Below, one piece after another: positions 24,900 through 35,465 of a DNA stretch of 64,000 nucleotides. The position numbers and the translations under genes were made by a program. The notes below the pieces were generated by a model. It searched no databases and was not told the origin of the DNA. It was given only the letters and a program-made list of their open reading frames with translations. The stretch's first letter is position 1; the number at the start of each line of letters is the position of its first letter. The stretch is from Candidatus Omnitrophota bacterium (GTDB lineage Bacteria; Omnitrophota; Gorgyraeia; Duberdicusellales; 4484-171), in the NCBI GenBank assembly GCA_016935525.1, contig JAFGQU010000017.1:73559-137558 (forward strand), in the 5' to 3' direction.

Positions 24900-25720
24900 G
24901 ACGCATCCACATCCTGTTTTTGTTGCTCTAACGCGTATTTTTTAAGTTTTTTAAGCGCGGCCTCTTCGATCTGCCGGACTCGTTCCCGGGAAACTTTTAA
25001 TACCTTGGATACCTCGGCTAACGTATGGGCTTTCCCATCGGTGATCCCGAACCGCAAATCGAGCACCTTTCGTTCCCGGTCGTTTACGATATCCAGAAGC
25101 TGCATGACCCGCTCATGTTGAAAAAACTTGTCGACTTCGCTTTCGGTATCGGAATATCCGGTCGCCCGGATGAAATCGCCTAATTCCGACTCACCGTCTT
25201 TGCCTATCGGCGTCTCCAGCGACGCTTTCTTGGTCCGCCACATCTCGATTTCATGGATCTTTTCAACCGGTAATCGCATCCGCCGGGCGACTTCCGACGG
25301 GGCCGGTTCCCGTTTTAATTTCTGGCGTAACTTTTCTATCGTCTTTTTATATTTCGCGATAAGTTCGCTCATATAAACCGGTATCCGGATAGTTTTACCC
25401 TGGTCGATAAGCGCCCGGGTAATGCCCTGGCGGATCCACCAGGCGGCATAGGTCGAAAACCGGTACCCTTTTTTAACATTGAATTTGTCGATTGATTTCA
25501 TCAGCCCGATATTTCCCTCGGCAATCAGATCCATGAGCGGAAGCGCGAACCGTGAATAATGTTTGGCGATATTGACGACCAGTTTGAGGTTGGAATTGAT
25601 AAGTTTGCGTCGAGCCGGTTTGTTCCCGCGTTTGGCTTTGATGATGAGCTCTACTTCCTCTTTTTTAGTGAGAACCGGGATATTTTTAATCCGTTCAAGA
25701 TACGCTTTGATTGCTTCCAT
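24896..25720 (-). CDS. RNA polymerase sigma factor, sigma-70 family (regions 2-4; no region 1.1)
   Basis: Region 2 (LINSNLKLVVNIAKHY, DLIAEGNIGLMKSIDKF, FSTYAAWWIRQGI), region 3 and a region-4 helix-turn-helix (TLAEVSKVLKVSRERVRQIEEAALKKL). Confidence 0.85.
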   Translation of the reverse strand: MEAIKAYLERIKNIPVLTKKEEVELIIKAKRGNKPARRKLINSNLKLVVNIAKHYSRFALPLMDLIAEGNIGLMKSIDKFNVKKGYRFSTYAAWWIRQGITRALIDQGKTIRIPVYMSELIAKYKKTIEKLRQKLKREPAPSEVARRMRLPVEKIHEIEMWRTKKASLETPIGKDGESELGDFIRATGYSDTESEVDKFFQHERVMQLLDIVNDRERKVLDLRFGITDGKAHTLAEVSKVLKVSRERVRQIEEAALKKLKKYALEQQKQDVDAS

Positions 25721-25784
25721 AGGCCGACTTTTCTTTATACCAGGAGTCCCTCTCTGTCCCTCGGTTAATTCTTTCTAAAAAAGT

Positions 25785-28646
25785 TTACCGTTTTTTCGTC
25801 TTTTTAGGCGATCTTTTCTTTTTGATCACTTTAGGTTTTGATTTTTTTGACTGTTTTTTTTCTTTCTGTTCTCGAAGTACGGCCTGAGCCGCAGAAAGCC
25901 TGGCGATCGGCACGCGGAACGGAGAACAACTCACATAGTTAAGTCCTACTTTATGACAGAACGCTACCGATTCAGGGTCTCCGCCATGTTCTCCGCAGAT
26001 ACCCACTTTAAGATCACCACGGGCAGCGCGGCCTAAGGTAGTAGCCGTTTCTACCAGTTTACCTACGCCATCAATGTCTAACGACTGAAACGGATCGGAA
26101 CCGTAAATACCGTGTTTCACGTAATCAACGAGGAATCTTCCGGCATCATCACGTGAGAATCCGCATCCCATCTGAGTCAGATCGTTGGTGCCGAATGAGA
26201 AAAATTCGGCAAGTTTGGCGATCTCATCGGCGGTGATCGCCGCACGCGGAACTTCGATCATCGTCCCGATCTTTACCTCGAACGGAAGTTTCTTTAATTT
26301 ACGTTTAGTCTTGACCATCTCGATCGTCTGGACAATAAGCGCTTTTTGCATTTCGAATTCTTTTACATGCCCGACCAAGGGGACCATGATCTCCGGTTTT
26401 ACTTTGATATCGCGGGTATGCACATGTAACGCCGCCTCTATGATCGCCTGGGTCTGCATTTCGGTGATCTCAGGATAGGTGATCCCTAACCGGCATCCGC
26501 GATGGCCAAGCATCGGGTTAAACTCATTCAATGATTCTACGGTCTGTTTGACTCGACGATAATCGATCCCTAATGCCCGGGCAAGTTCTTTCTGTCCGCG
26601 TTCGTCATGAGGCAGGAACTCATGTAACGGCGGGTCAAGGAGACGTATAGTACACGGGTACCCGTTTAACGCTTTGAATATCCCCTCGAAATCACTGCGT
26701 TGTAACGGTAACAATTCGCTCAATGCCTGCAAGTATTGTTGTAACGGCGCTTTTAATTGTTCTTCTAATTCCGCGCGTTCTTTAGGGTCACGAGCGATCG
26801 CAATAGAATCGCGTAACCGTTTGACCTCGGGCGCCACCAGGATCATTTTTCTAAAAGAAACGATCCGGTCACCTTCAAAGAACATGTGTTCGGTACGACA
26901 TAACCCGATACCTTCGGCGCCGAACTGGATCGCATTTCTGGCGTCATCGGGAGTGTCGGCATTGGTCCTTACCCCTAATTTTCTTACCCCGTCGGCCCAT
27001 TTCATCAAAATCCCAAAGGGACCGGTCATCTTCGGCGGGATAGTCTTGATCTGGCCGGAATAGACGACCCCTTTGCTGCCGTTTAAGGAGATCATATCTC
27101 CTTCACGGATAACCGTGTCGCCTACGTTCATCTGTTTATGCGATTCATCTATGGTGATGTCACCGGCTCCGGCAACACAACATTTCCCCATTCCTCTGGC
27201 GACTACCGCAGCGTGAGAAGTCATTCCGCCCCGGGCAGTAAGGATCCCTTTGGCCGCGTGCATGCCCCGGATATCTTCGGGAGAGGTCTCCAGACGGCAA
27301 AGAATCACATCTTTACCTTTTTCGGTCCAGACTTCCGCGTCTTTGGCGGTAAACACCGCCTGTCCGACTGCCGCACCGGGTGATGCCGGAAGGCCTGAGG
27401 CGGAAAAGAGAACCGCTTTTTTCTCCTCGGCCCCGTCAAACATCGGATGCAATAACTGGTCGATCTGTTCCGGCTTGATCCGCATGATCGCGGTCGACTT
27501 ATTGATCAGGTTTTCTTCTACCATATCTACGGCGATCTTAAGTGCCGCCTGCGCAGTCCGCTTCCCGGCACGAGTCTGTAACATGTACAAGATGCCTTTT
27601 TCGATAGTAAATTCAAAATCCTGCATATCCGTATAATGTTTTTCCAGCTGGCTACGGATCTGGATAAGTTCATGATAAATATGCGGGTTCTGTTTTTTAA
27701 GTTCTTTTATCGGTAACGGGGTCCTGATCCCGGCGACGACATCTTCGCCCTGAGCATTCATCAGGAACTCACCGTACAATTCGTTTTCTCCGGTAGAAGG
27801 GTTACGGGTAAATCCTACCCCGGTACCGGAATCGTATCCCATGTTCCCAAAAACCATGGTCTGGACATTCACTGCCGTACCGATCAATCCTTTGATCTTA
27901 TTGATCTCACGATACGCCACGGCCCGGTCATTATTCCAGGAACCGAATACCGCATCGATCGCATGCCACATCTGAATAAGCGGGTCTTGAGGAAATTCTT
28001 CTTTGGTATACTGTTTGTATACTTTTTTATACCGCGTAACCAGCGCTTTTAAATCGTCTAATTCTAACGCTGTATCGGGAACCGCGCGGTTTAACGCTTC
28101 CTGTCGTAAGTTTGCCGCATTTTCAATATTTTTTTTCTTGGCAATAGATCTTTTAATCTCTTCCAGTTCATGTTCAAACGAGTGATGAGGCACTTCCATA
28201 GCGACGTCACCGAACATCTGGATGAACCGGCGATAAGAATCCCAGGCAAAACGGGGGTTGTTGGTCAACCAGCTTAATCCTTCGACTACCTCGTCATTTA
28301 ATCCCAGGTTCAAAATCGTATCCATCATTCCCGGCATCGATACCGCAGCACCTGAGCGGACCGAGACTAACAGCGGGTTGGTTTTATTTCCGAATTTTTT
28401 CTTGGTCGCTTTTTCTAATTTACGAAGATTAAGTTCGACTTGCGGTTTTAATTCTTTAGGATATTTCCGGTTATTTTCATAAAACAGTTTACAGACTTCC
28501 GTGGTAATGGTGAATCCCGGAGGGACCGGAAGACCAATACTGGACATTTCAGCTAAATTGGCTCCTTTACCTCCCAAAAGGCTCTTCATTGTCTGATCAC
28601 CGTCGGATTTCCCCTGACTGAAAAAATACACCATCTTTTTAGCCAT
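25785..28646 (-). CDS. ppdK: Pyruvate, phosphate dikinase with an unusual C-terminal lysine-rich tail
   Basis: ATP-grasp N-terminus (GGKGANLAEM), phospho-His domain (GGMTSHAAVVARGMG) and PEP/pyruvate TIM barrel (CRTEHMFF). The last ~30 aa are EQKEKKQSKKSKPKVIKKKRSPKKTKKR. Confidence 0.92.
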   Translation of the reverse strand: MAKKMVYFFSQGKSDGDQTMKSLLGGKGANLAEMSSIGLPVPPGFTITTEVCKLFYENNRKYPKELKPQVELNLRKLEKATKKKFGNKTNPLLVSVRSGAAVSMPGMMDTILNLGLNDEVVEGLSWLTNNPRFAWDSYRRFIQMFGDVAMEVPHHSFEHELEEIKRSIAKKKNIENAANLRQEALNRAVPDTALELDDLKALVTRYKKVYKQYTKEEFPQDPLIQMWHAIDAVFGSWNNDRAVAYREINKIKGLIGTAVNVQTMVFGNMGYDSGTGVGFTRNPSTGENELYGEFLMNAQGEDVVAGIRTPLPIKELKKQNPHIYHELIQIRSQLEKHYTDMQDFEFTIEKGILYMLQTRAGKRTAQAALKIAVDMVEENLINKSTAIMRIKPEQIDQLLHPMFDGAEEKKAVLFSASGLPASPGAAVGQAVFTAKDAEVWTEKGKDVILCRLETSPEDIRGMHAAKGILTARGGMTSHAAVVARGMGKCCVAGAGDITIDESHKQMNVGDTVIREGDMISLNGSKGVVYSGQIKTIPPKMTGPFGILMKWADGVRKLGVRTNADTPDDARNAIQFGAEGIGLCRTEHMFFEGDRIVSFRKMILVAPEVKRLRDSIAIARDPKERAELEEQLKAPLQQYLQALSELLPLQRSDFEGIFKALNGYPCTIRLLDPPLHEFLPHDERGQKELARALGIDYRRVKQTVESLNEFNPMLGHRGCRLGITYPEITEMQTQAIIEAALHVHTRDIKVKPEIMVPLVGHVKEFEMQKALIVQTIEMVKTKRKLKKLPFEVKIGTMIEVPRAAITADEIAKLAEFFSFGTNDLTQMGCGFSRDDAGRFLVDYVKHGIYGSDPFQSLDIDGVGKLVETATTLGRAARGDLKVGICGEHGGDPESVAFCHKVGLNYVSCSPFRVPIARLSAAQAVLREQKEKKQSKKSKPKVIKKKRSPKKTKKR

Positions 28647-28711
28647 AGTAAATTGCCTCCTTTCGCTTTACTGACTTATTATGTTATCCGGTTTTTGTCT
28701 CTCACACAACA

Positions 28712-30049
28712 TCATACCGTACCTTTTACTGTTTTAATGTATTCGGCGATACGCCCGATCTCAACTCGTTCCTGTTGCATGGTATCCCGATTACGGATTG
28801 TAACTTTCTGGTCGGATACACTGTCGACATCAACTGTCGCACAGAAAGGCGTGCCTATTTCATCTTGCCGACGATAGAGTTTACCGATTGCTCCGGTATC
28901 GTCATAAAGAACCGGCATCTTTTCTTTTATATCATAAAAAATCTTTTTTGCAAGGTCTACGATCTCGCCGCGGTTTTTCAGGAGCGGAAAAACCGCTAAC
29001 GTATACGGGGCAAGATGGGGTTTGAGCCTCAAAACTACCCGTTTCTTACCCTTTACCTCTTCTTCATCATAGGCATCGCAGATAACCGCGAAAAACGTCC
29101 GGTCTACCCCGGCGGACGGCTCGATCACGTAAGGCATGAACCGTGTATCCCGGACATTATCGAAATAAGACAGATCTTTTTTACTCACTTTGGCATGCTG
29201 CGTTAGATCATAATCGCCCCGGTCAGCGATCCCTTCCAGTTCGCTCCAGCCAAAAGGAAAAAGGTATTCGACGTCGGTACAGGCCCGGGCATAATGAGCT
29301 AATTCATCCGAGGAGTGCTCGCGCAGGCGTAGATTTTCTTTTTTAAGGCCGATCGTCTCGATATAAAAACGGAACCGTTCAGAGACCCATTCCCGGTAAC
29401 ACTGGGCGGCTTCTTCGGGATAGGTGAAGTATTCTATCTCCATCTGTTCAAACTCTTTCATGCGAAAGATATAGCTTCCGGTGGTAACTTCGTTACGAAA
29501 CGCTTTCCCGATCTGAGCTATCCCCAAAGGAAGCTTTTTATGATACGTGTTCATCACATTAAGATAGTTCGCGAAGATCCCCTGGGCCGTTTCCGGACGC
29601 AGATAGGCGTATTGAGGTTCGTCTTCGGTAGCACTCACATTGGTTTTAAGCATAAGGTTGAATTTTCGCGGTTTGTTCTGGATGGTATTTATTTCTCCGG
29701 CACATTCCGGGCAGGTATAGAGGTCGGGAGCGATCTTTTCTATTTTATCGATACGGAACCTTTTTTTGCATCCCGGGCAATCGACAAGATAATCTGCGAA
29801 TCCTTCTAAATGCCCGGAAGCGACAAACACATTTTCATGCATGATGATCGCGCTGTCTAACCCGAAAATGTCCGCGCGGTTCTCCACATATTCTTTCCAC
29901 CAGATATCTTTGATCTTTTTTTTGATCAACGATCCCAACGGGCCGTAATCCCAAAAACTGGAAAGGCCGCCGTAGATCTCCGATCCCTGAAAAATAAAGC
30001 CCCGGCGGCGGCAAAGAGATATGATCTGAGCGAAACGGTCTTGTGGCAT
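28712..30049 (-). CDS. glyQS: Glycine--tRNA ligase (alpha2 homodimeric type)
   Basis: Full-length homology to class-II GlyRS (FQGSEIYGGLSSFWDYGPLG, zinc-binding CPGCKKRFR...CPEC insertion, C-terminal anticodon-binding domain). Confidence 0.9.
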   Translation of the reverse strand: MPQDRFAQIISLCRRRGFIFQGSEIYGGLSSFWDYGPLGSLIKKKIKDIWWKEYVENRADIFGLDSAIIMHENVFVASGHLEGFADYLVDCPGCKKRFRIDKIEKIAPDLYTCPECAGEINTIQNKPRKFNLMLKTNVSATEDEPQYAYLRPETAQGIFANYLNVMNTYHKKLPLGIAQIGKAFRNEVTTGSYIFRMKEFEQMEIEYFTYPEEAAQCYREWVSERFRFYIETIGLKKENLRLREHSSDELAHYARACTDVEYLFPFGWSELEGIADRGDYDLTQHAKVSKKDLSYFDNVRDTRFMPYVIEPSAGVDRTFFAVICDAYDEEEVKGKKRVVLRLKPHLAPYTLAVFPLLKNRGEIVDLAKKIFYDIKEKMPVLYDDTGAIGKLYRRQDEIGTPFCATVDVDSVSDQKVTIRNRDTMQQERVEIGRIAEYIKTVKGTV

Positions 30050-30081
30050 AGTTGTTTTATTATAACTTAAAAAATATTTTT

Positions 30082-30951
30082 TTATAGATATTTTTGTATT
30101 TTTTGCAGTATTTCCGGATTAAGTAAAAAAGAATGTTCTTCCCCCGGAAACGAAAGGCCTTTCACCTCTTTTACATACTCAGCCACTGCCTGTTGTATAC
30201 GAACGTCGAGGTTTTCAAAAGTTTTCACGAACTTAGGCCGTCGACCAGGATAGATACCGAGTAAATCATACAGCACCAGGATCTGCCCGTCACACCATTT
30301 TCCCGAACCGATACCGATAGTCGGTATCTTTACCGCCCGGGTAAGAGTCTGGGTGACTTCTTGGGGGATACATTCAAATACGATCGCGAACACTCCCAGA
30401 TCTTCAAGAATACGAGCCTGTTCTTTCAAGCGTCGCGCCGATTGAAGGTCTTTCCCCTGGACTTTGAATCCGCCCAGTTTATCTACGGTTTGAGGAGTAA
30501 GCCCGATATGTCCCATTACCGGTATCTGTTTACGGACCAATTGTTCAGCCACCTGCGGGCACCGGGAGAACCATTCCAGTTTTACCGCATGCGCCCCGGC
30601 GTCATCAATCAATTTACGGGCATACTCATAAGCTTTTCCGGGATTCCTCTGGTAAGCGCAGTAAGGCATATCGGCGATTACCAGCGCCCGGTGTACCGCA
30701 CGGGATACCGCTTTGGTATGCGCGTGCATTTCGCGAAAACTTAGGCTTTTAGTGCGGTCCAGCCCTAAGACGACGTTGGCCAGAGAATCACCGACTAACA
30801 CCGCATCAATCGCGGTCTCGTTAAGGATATGAGCAAAAGAATAATCGTAACAGGTAAGCATTACGATCTTTTCCTTATTTTTTTTAGCGATCAGTTGTTC
30901 GATTTTATCGGAATACATAAATCTCCGGGCCCTTTTCAGTCTGGGCAACAA
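30082..30951 (-). CDS. panB: 3-methyl-2-oxobutanoate hydroxymethyltransferase
   Basis: PanB motifs MLTCYDYSFA, VLVGDSLANVVLG and GHIGLTPQ are present. The annotated N-terminus overlaps apbE by 47 nt, so the true start is probably the internal Met (MYSDKIEQ). Confidence 0.88.
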   Translation of the reverse strand: MLPRLKRARRFMYSDKIEQLIAKKNKEKIVMLTCYDYSFAHILNETAIDAVLVGDSLANVVLGLDRTKSLSFREMHAHTKAVSRAVHRALVIADMPYCAYQRNPGKAYEYARKLIDDAGAHAVKLEWFSRCPQVAEQLVRKQIPVMGHIGLTPQTVDKLGGFKVQGKDLQSARRLKEQARILEDLGVFAIVFECIPQEVTQTLTRAVKIPTIGIGSGKWCDGQILVLYDLLGIYPGRRPKFVKTFENLDVRIQQAVAEYVKEVKGLSFPGEEHSFLLNPEILQKIQKYL

Positions 30952-31876
30952 TATAGATCTCTAAAGTAGACAATTGCCCTGCCAAAAACGTCCGCACGTT
31001 CTCTATTCCCATCACAAAAAACGCGGTCGCCAGGCTGTCGGCAGTCGTCGCATTGCCGGCGACGACACTTACGCTCAAAATATTATTTTCGACCGGCATC
31101 CCGGTGCGAGGATCTATTAAATGAGAAAATCTTTTTCCGTTATACCGGAAAAACTGTTCATAGCTACCGGAAGTCGCGACCGATTCATCATACAAGAACA
31201 GCGGAATAATGACCCCTTCGGTTTCGCGCGGATCTTTGATGCCGACTTGCCATAATCTCTTAAAATTTCTGCCCAGACAGTATAGATCTCCTCCCGCGTT
31301 GATCAGCGCGCTGTCAATGCCCTCTTTTTTTAATCGCTGCACCGCTTTATCGACCATATATCCTTTGGCAATACCACCGACATCGATACTCATCCCTTCA
31401 CCCGTCAACATCAAGGTATTATTCTGCTCATCAATGACAATCCGGTCTATCCCTCCGGCATTTTTGGCTTTATCTATTTCTTCGGCTCCGGGGAATTGGA
31501 TGATTTCTTTATTATTTATTTTGCTTTTCCAAAATTGATAAAGATTACCTTTGCTCACATCAAAATAGCCTTGAGTCAGAGTGTATGCATTTTTCGCCAG
31601 TTTCATCAATTCAATCAATTCGGGAGCGACTTTAATCGGTTGATTATGACTATGGTTGACCCGGTAAAGGTCCGACCCGGACAGGTATCCGTTAAGGATC
31701 CCGTCTAACCTTTTAAACTCACCGGCGACCAGACTCCCCGCTTCCTTGTAAGGAGAAACGACACTGATCACGGTTCCCGCGGCAACGAATTTGTCGCGGT
31801 ATACCGGCGCGGCGAAATCTTTACAGGCCCATGTATACATACAGATCAACCCTAAAAGAATTATTTTTTTAACCAT
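30905..31876 (-). CDS. apbE: FAD:protein FMN transferase (ApbE family) lipoprotein
   Basis: Signal/lipobox-like N-terminus and ApbE motifs (DVGGIAKGYMVDKA, GGDLY, ATSGSYEQ). Confidence 0.85.
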   Translation of the reverse strand: MVKKIILLGLICMYTWACKDFAAPVYRDKFVAAGTVISVVSPYKEAGSLVAGEFKRLDGILNGYLSGSDLYRVNHSHNQPIKVAPELIELMKLAKNAYTLTQGYFDVSKGNLYQFWKSKINNKEIIQFPGAEEIDKAKNAGGIDRIVIDEQNNTLMLTGEGMSIDVGGIAKGYMVDKAVQRLKKEGIDSALINAGGDLYCLGRNFKRLWQVGIKDPRETEGVIIPLFLYDESVATSGSYEQFFRYNGKRFSHLIDPRTGMPVENNILSVSVVAGNATTADSLATAFFVMGIENVRTFLAGQLSTLEIYIVAQTEKGPEIYVFR

Positions 31877-33582
31877 TTCAACAGCTCCCCTTTAGGCCAG
31901 CAATTAAGAATATCTTCTTTTTCCAACCACCCTCGACGAGCGACAAAAACTCCGTATTTCATATTCTGCAACTGCCGGAGGCTATGGCTGTCGGACCCTA
32001 AAGCGATTTTTATTCCGGCGGTTTTTGCCGCCCGGCAATGGATATCATCGAGATCTAACCGTTGAGGAAAACAATTAAGTTCCAACGCGACCTGATAATC
32101 GGCGGCAACTTTAAAAATCTCTTTATAATCTATCTCATATCCCGGTCGTAACCCCATGAGCCGTCCGGTAGGATGCGCAATGATATTCACATGTTTATCC
32201 TTACAGGCTGCCACGATACGTTTGGTAAGCTGGGTTTTGGTTTGTTTAAATCCTCCATGGATCGCGGCAATAACCACATCAAAGCCGGAGAGCACATCAG
32301 GAGGATAATCCAGAGTACCGTCGCTGTGTATATCGACTTCAGCCCCCGAAAGTATCTGTATTTTTTTGTGGTTACGGTTTACTTTTTTTATCTCGTCTAT
32401 TTTCTTACGTACTTGGGCAGGATCAAGCCCCCCGGCGATCTTAAGCCCCTGAGAATGATCGACCACGGCAATATATTCGTACCCAAGAGCCTCGCCGCCG
32501 GCGGCTATGTCGGAGATACTGGCTTTTCCGTCGCTATATTCGGAATGGACATGAAGATCGCCGTATACATCTTTTAACCGGATAAGGCGAGGGAGATGTT
32601 TTGCTAAAGCCGCCTCGATCTCTCCGGTATCCTCTCTTAATTCGGGAGCGATATGCTGCATATCAAAAAAACCGAAGATACGTTCCTCGTCTCTGCTGAT
32701 TTTTTCTTTTTTGGTCTCTTCCTGGGCAAACACTCCGTATTCGTTGATCTTATATCCTCGCTTGATCGCCAGTTGCCTCAATTTAATATTGAACGCTTTG
32801 GAACCGGTAAAGTAAATCAACGCCGCGCCGAAAGAATCTTTATCGACTACCCGCAGGTCGACCTGCAGGCCATGTTCCCGTTCGATGACCGATGTTTTCG
32901 TCAAACCCTTTGCCTGGACCTGTTTCACAAAATCGAGACCGACACACTCATCCATCACCGCTTTAGGTTTTTTTGAGACGACCAGGAGGTCGATATCTTT
33001 TACCGTTTCTTTTCGGCGGCGCAACGACCCGGCGATTTCGGCCGCCGCGACGTATTTGACGGCTTTCACTTTTGCCAAGATCTTCTCGGCCAAAGGTAAC
33101 GCGACTCCCAGAAGGGTCGTTTTTGCCGATTGTCTTACATGAGCGATCCCTTCTAAAATATTTTTCTGAGTTTTCTCTCTTATTCCGGGAAGAGTCATGA
33201 TGGCGCCACCCCGGACAGCTTCTTCCAGCTTAGCCAGGCTATCTATTCCCAGTGAATCGTAAAATAATTTGACAGTCCGGGGGCCAAGCCCGGGAATAGT
33301 CAACATCTCCAGCACACCTTCAGGGACTCCCTTTTTCAATTCCTGATATTTCTTTAACGTACCGGTTTTGATGATCTCCTGAATCTTTTCGGCGAGATCT
33401 TTTCCGATACCGGGAAGCTCCCGTAACGTGTCGTTTTCGGCCAGGGTTTCGATGTCTTCGGATAACCCTTCGATGATCCGGCCGGCTTTTTCATAAGCCC
33501 GGATCCGGAACACGTTTTCGCCTTTTATTTCAAGTATCTTAGCGATCTCTTTGAATATACCGGCCACCGTTTTGTTATCCAT
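31861..33582 (-). CDS. polX: DNA polymerase X family protein with C-terminal PHP phosphoesterase domain
   Basis: Pol-beta-like N-terminus with helix-hairpin-helix motifs (GIFKEIAKILEIKGENVFRIRAYEKAGR, LPGIGKDLAEKI) and a PHP domain (HVHSEYSDG...HPTGR). Confidence 0.88.
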   Translation of the reverse strand: MDNKTVAGIFKEIAKILEIKGENVFRIRAYEKAGRIIEGLSEDIETLAENDTLRELPGIGKDLAEKIQEIIKTGTLKKYQELKKGVPEGVLEMLTIPGLGPRTVKLFYDSLGIDSLAKLEEAVRGGAIMTLPGIREKTQKNILEGIAHVRQSAKTTLLGVALPLAEKILAKVKAVKYVAAAEIAGSLRRRKETVKDIDLLVVSKKPKAVMDECVGLDFVKQVQAKGLTKTSVIEREHGLQVDLRVVDKDSFGAALIYFTGSKAFNIKLRQLAIKRGYKINEYGVFAQEETKKEKISRDEERIFGFFDMQHIAPELREDTGEIEAALAKHLPRLIRLKDVYGDLHVHSEYSDGKASISDIAAGGEALGYEYIAVVDHSQGLKIAGGLDPAQVRKKIDEIKKVNRNHKKIQILSGAEVDIHSDGTLDYPPDVLSGFDVVIAAIHGGFKQTKTQLTKRIVAACKDKHVNIIAHPTGRLMGLRPGYEIDYKEIFKVAADYQVALELNCFPQRLDLDDIHCRAAKTAGIKIALGSDSHSLRQLQNMKYGVFVARRGWLEKEDILNCWPKGELLKWLKK

Positions 33583-33636
33583 ATATTCCCGCGTCTCTTT
33601 ATTACCGTTCCCCTCCTCAGGATGCCTCCGTGAAAA

Positions 33637-34101
33637 TCACCCTGAAGCTTCGACCCTGTTGGTGATTCCTCCTCGAGAAGTAAATTCGCCGATCACGGTT
33701 ATCTGCCATGGTTGTAATATTTTTTTTAAATCGGCAAGGATCTTATTTACTACGTGCTCATTATACACTTTCACGTTACGATAGGCATACAGATAATATT
33801 TGAGCGCTTTCAGTTCGATCAATTTCCGACGCGGCGTATAGCGGATACTCACCGTCGCAAAATCCGGTAATCCCGAGAACGGACAGATACAGGTGAATTC
33901 CCGCGATACCAGTTCTACCGTGATCTTACGCTGAGGGTATTCATAAGGGATCGTCTCAAGGAGTGTCGCATCGATATCGGCGGAACGAAAGGTTTTCCCC
34001 TGTACTTTTTTCGCTTTTTTTTCTAACGCTGATTCAATCCTGTCTTCATATACCATTTTTTTATCATCCTCCTCAATACAGGTCACAAGGACACATCCCA
34101 C
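33637..34101 (-). CDS. queF: NADPH-dependent 7-cyano-7-deazaguanine reductase
   Basis: Catalytic Cys region FTCICPFSGLPDFA and the QueF motif ELKALKYYL are present. Confidence 0.88.
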   Translation of the reverse strand: MGCVLVTCIEEDDKKMVYEDRIESALEKKAKKVQGKTFRSADIDATLLETIPYEYPQRKITVELVSREFTCICPFSGLPDFATVSIRYTPRRKLIELKALKYYLYAYRNVKVYNEHVVNKILADLKKILQPWQITVIGEFTSRGGITNRVEASG

Positions 34102-34160
34102 ACCGAGATTTCTCTTATCCAGCGGGACCCCGCTGTATAAAAATATTATGGAACGGGGAA

Positions 34161-34296
34161 GTCACATAGTCACATATAAATGTTCAATGCACATTTAGCA
34201 ATTAGCAATGGACAATGAAAGATTCCAGGATGATAGATTATCCTCTCTGAGTTTCCTCATTGCTAAATGATAATTGCTAATTGACAATTGATAATT
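34161..34296. repeat. Mixed GTCACA and TTAGCAAT/ATTGCTAA repeat cluster between queF and recO
   Basis: gtcacatagtcacat, then ttagcaattagcaatggacaatg and the inverted arm cattgctaaatgataattgctaattgacaattgataatt. Confidence 0.8.
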
Positions 34297-34316
34297 TTCA
34301 CTCACCGCGCTCATAT

Positions 34317-35042
34317 TCAGGAATAAACCCGGTCAAATAGTTTAAATTCTAAATGATACGCAAGAAACGTATCCAGAAGATTTAAAATACGCTCTTCGCA
34401 CGATACCGAAGGTTTGATACGCACTACCTGAGGAAAATCGTGCTGCTGCAGATAACGCAAAGAAGCGATCACCTCCGGAGAAAGAGAATGCACATCGGTA
34501 TGTTCCCGCCGGCAACGACTGCATACCAGCCCCCCTTTTGCCGGAGAGAAAAAGATCGCCCGCGAAAGCGGTTGATGGCACCGGATACAAAGATGGAATT
34601 CCGGTTTTACTCCGCAAAAAGTAAGGAATTTGATGAAAAAAATATACAGCATCTTGCGGGCCTCATTGCCGTCAATATAGCGGAGAGTCTCCTGGAGCAA
34701 TCGAAATACTTTTTCATTCTTATCCCATAACGGCATCACCGCCTCTACCACACTGAACATCTTCCCTACGGCGAAATATTTTTCGGGATCTTTCCCTAAA
34801 AACGGATAGGTTTCTATTAAATCGGCAAAAGATATCAGCCAGATTTGAGTCTTTTTCGGATAGAACACGATTTCATTCAACGTGAAAAGTTCCATCGGGG
34901 TAGTAAATTCTTTTTTAGGCGAATAGAATCCTTTCAGGATACCGGTGATCTTCCCGTAGGTCTCGGTGAAGATGGTCACAATCAGGCTCGTTTCCCTAAA
35001 ATCGATCTTCTTCAGTATAAATCCTCGGTCTTTAGCGATCAT
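34317..35042 (-). CDS. recO: DNA repair protein RecO
   Basis: N-terminal OB fold and a C-terminal zinc-binding CxxC...CxxC (CIRCHQ...CSRCR). Confidence 0.85.
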   Translation of the reverse strand: MIAKDRGFILKKIDFRETSLIVTIFTETYGKITGILKGFYSPKKEFTTPMELFTLNEIVFYPKKTQIWLISFADLIETYPFLGKDPEKYFAVGKMFSVVEAVMPLWDKNEKVFRLLQETLRYIDGNEARKMLYIFFIKFLTFCGVKPEFHLCIRCHQPLSRAIFFSPAKGGLVCSRCRREHTDVHSLSPEVIASLRYLQQHDFPQVVRIKPSVSCEERILNLLDTFLAYHLEFKLFDRVYS

Positions 35043-35045
35043 TGG

Positions 35046-35465
35046 TTAAAAGATCTTTCCTATCAATTCCTGTTCTTTCTGACGCATTTTTGTCCTCTGG
35101 GCGGGGGTATGATCGTCATAATCCAACAGGTGCAAAATGCCATGAATAATATAGAGGGTCAACTCCGCCTCAAACGTCGTATTAAACCGCCGACTGTTCG
35201 TGCCGGCCGCATCAACCGAAACAACCACCTCGCCCAAAAACTCTTGGGGATCATGCCCGGGTAAGGGAAAAGCGATCACATCGGTAGACCGGGCCTTCCC
35301 CAGATACTGTGTATTCAATCGGGTAATACAGTCCTTGTCACAGAAAACAAAAGAAATCGCCCCGGGCGAAAGAGAAAGCAGTTTGAAGATTTTACGGATA
35401 TTCTTCCTGATCAAGGCAAGATCAATCTTCTTTGTTTTTTGGAGATTTCTTATTTGCACTTTCAT
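35046..35465 (-). CDS. ybeY: Endoribonuclease YbeY (rRNA maturation factor)
   Basis: The HGILHLLDYDDH metal-binding motif is present. It lies in the conserved phoH-pgpH-ybeY arrangement. Confidence 0.9.
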   Translation of the reverse strand: MKVQIRNLQKTKKIDLALIRKNIRKIFKLLSLSPGAISFVFCDKDCITRLNTQYLGKARSTDVIAFPLPGHDPQEFLGEVVVSVDAAGTNSRRFNTTFEAELTLYIIHGILHLLDYDDHTPAQRTKMRQKEQELIGKIF

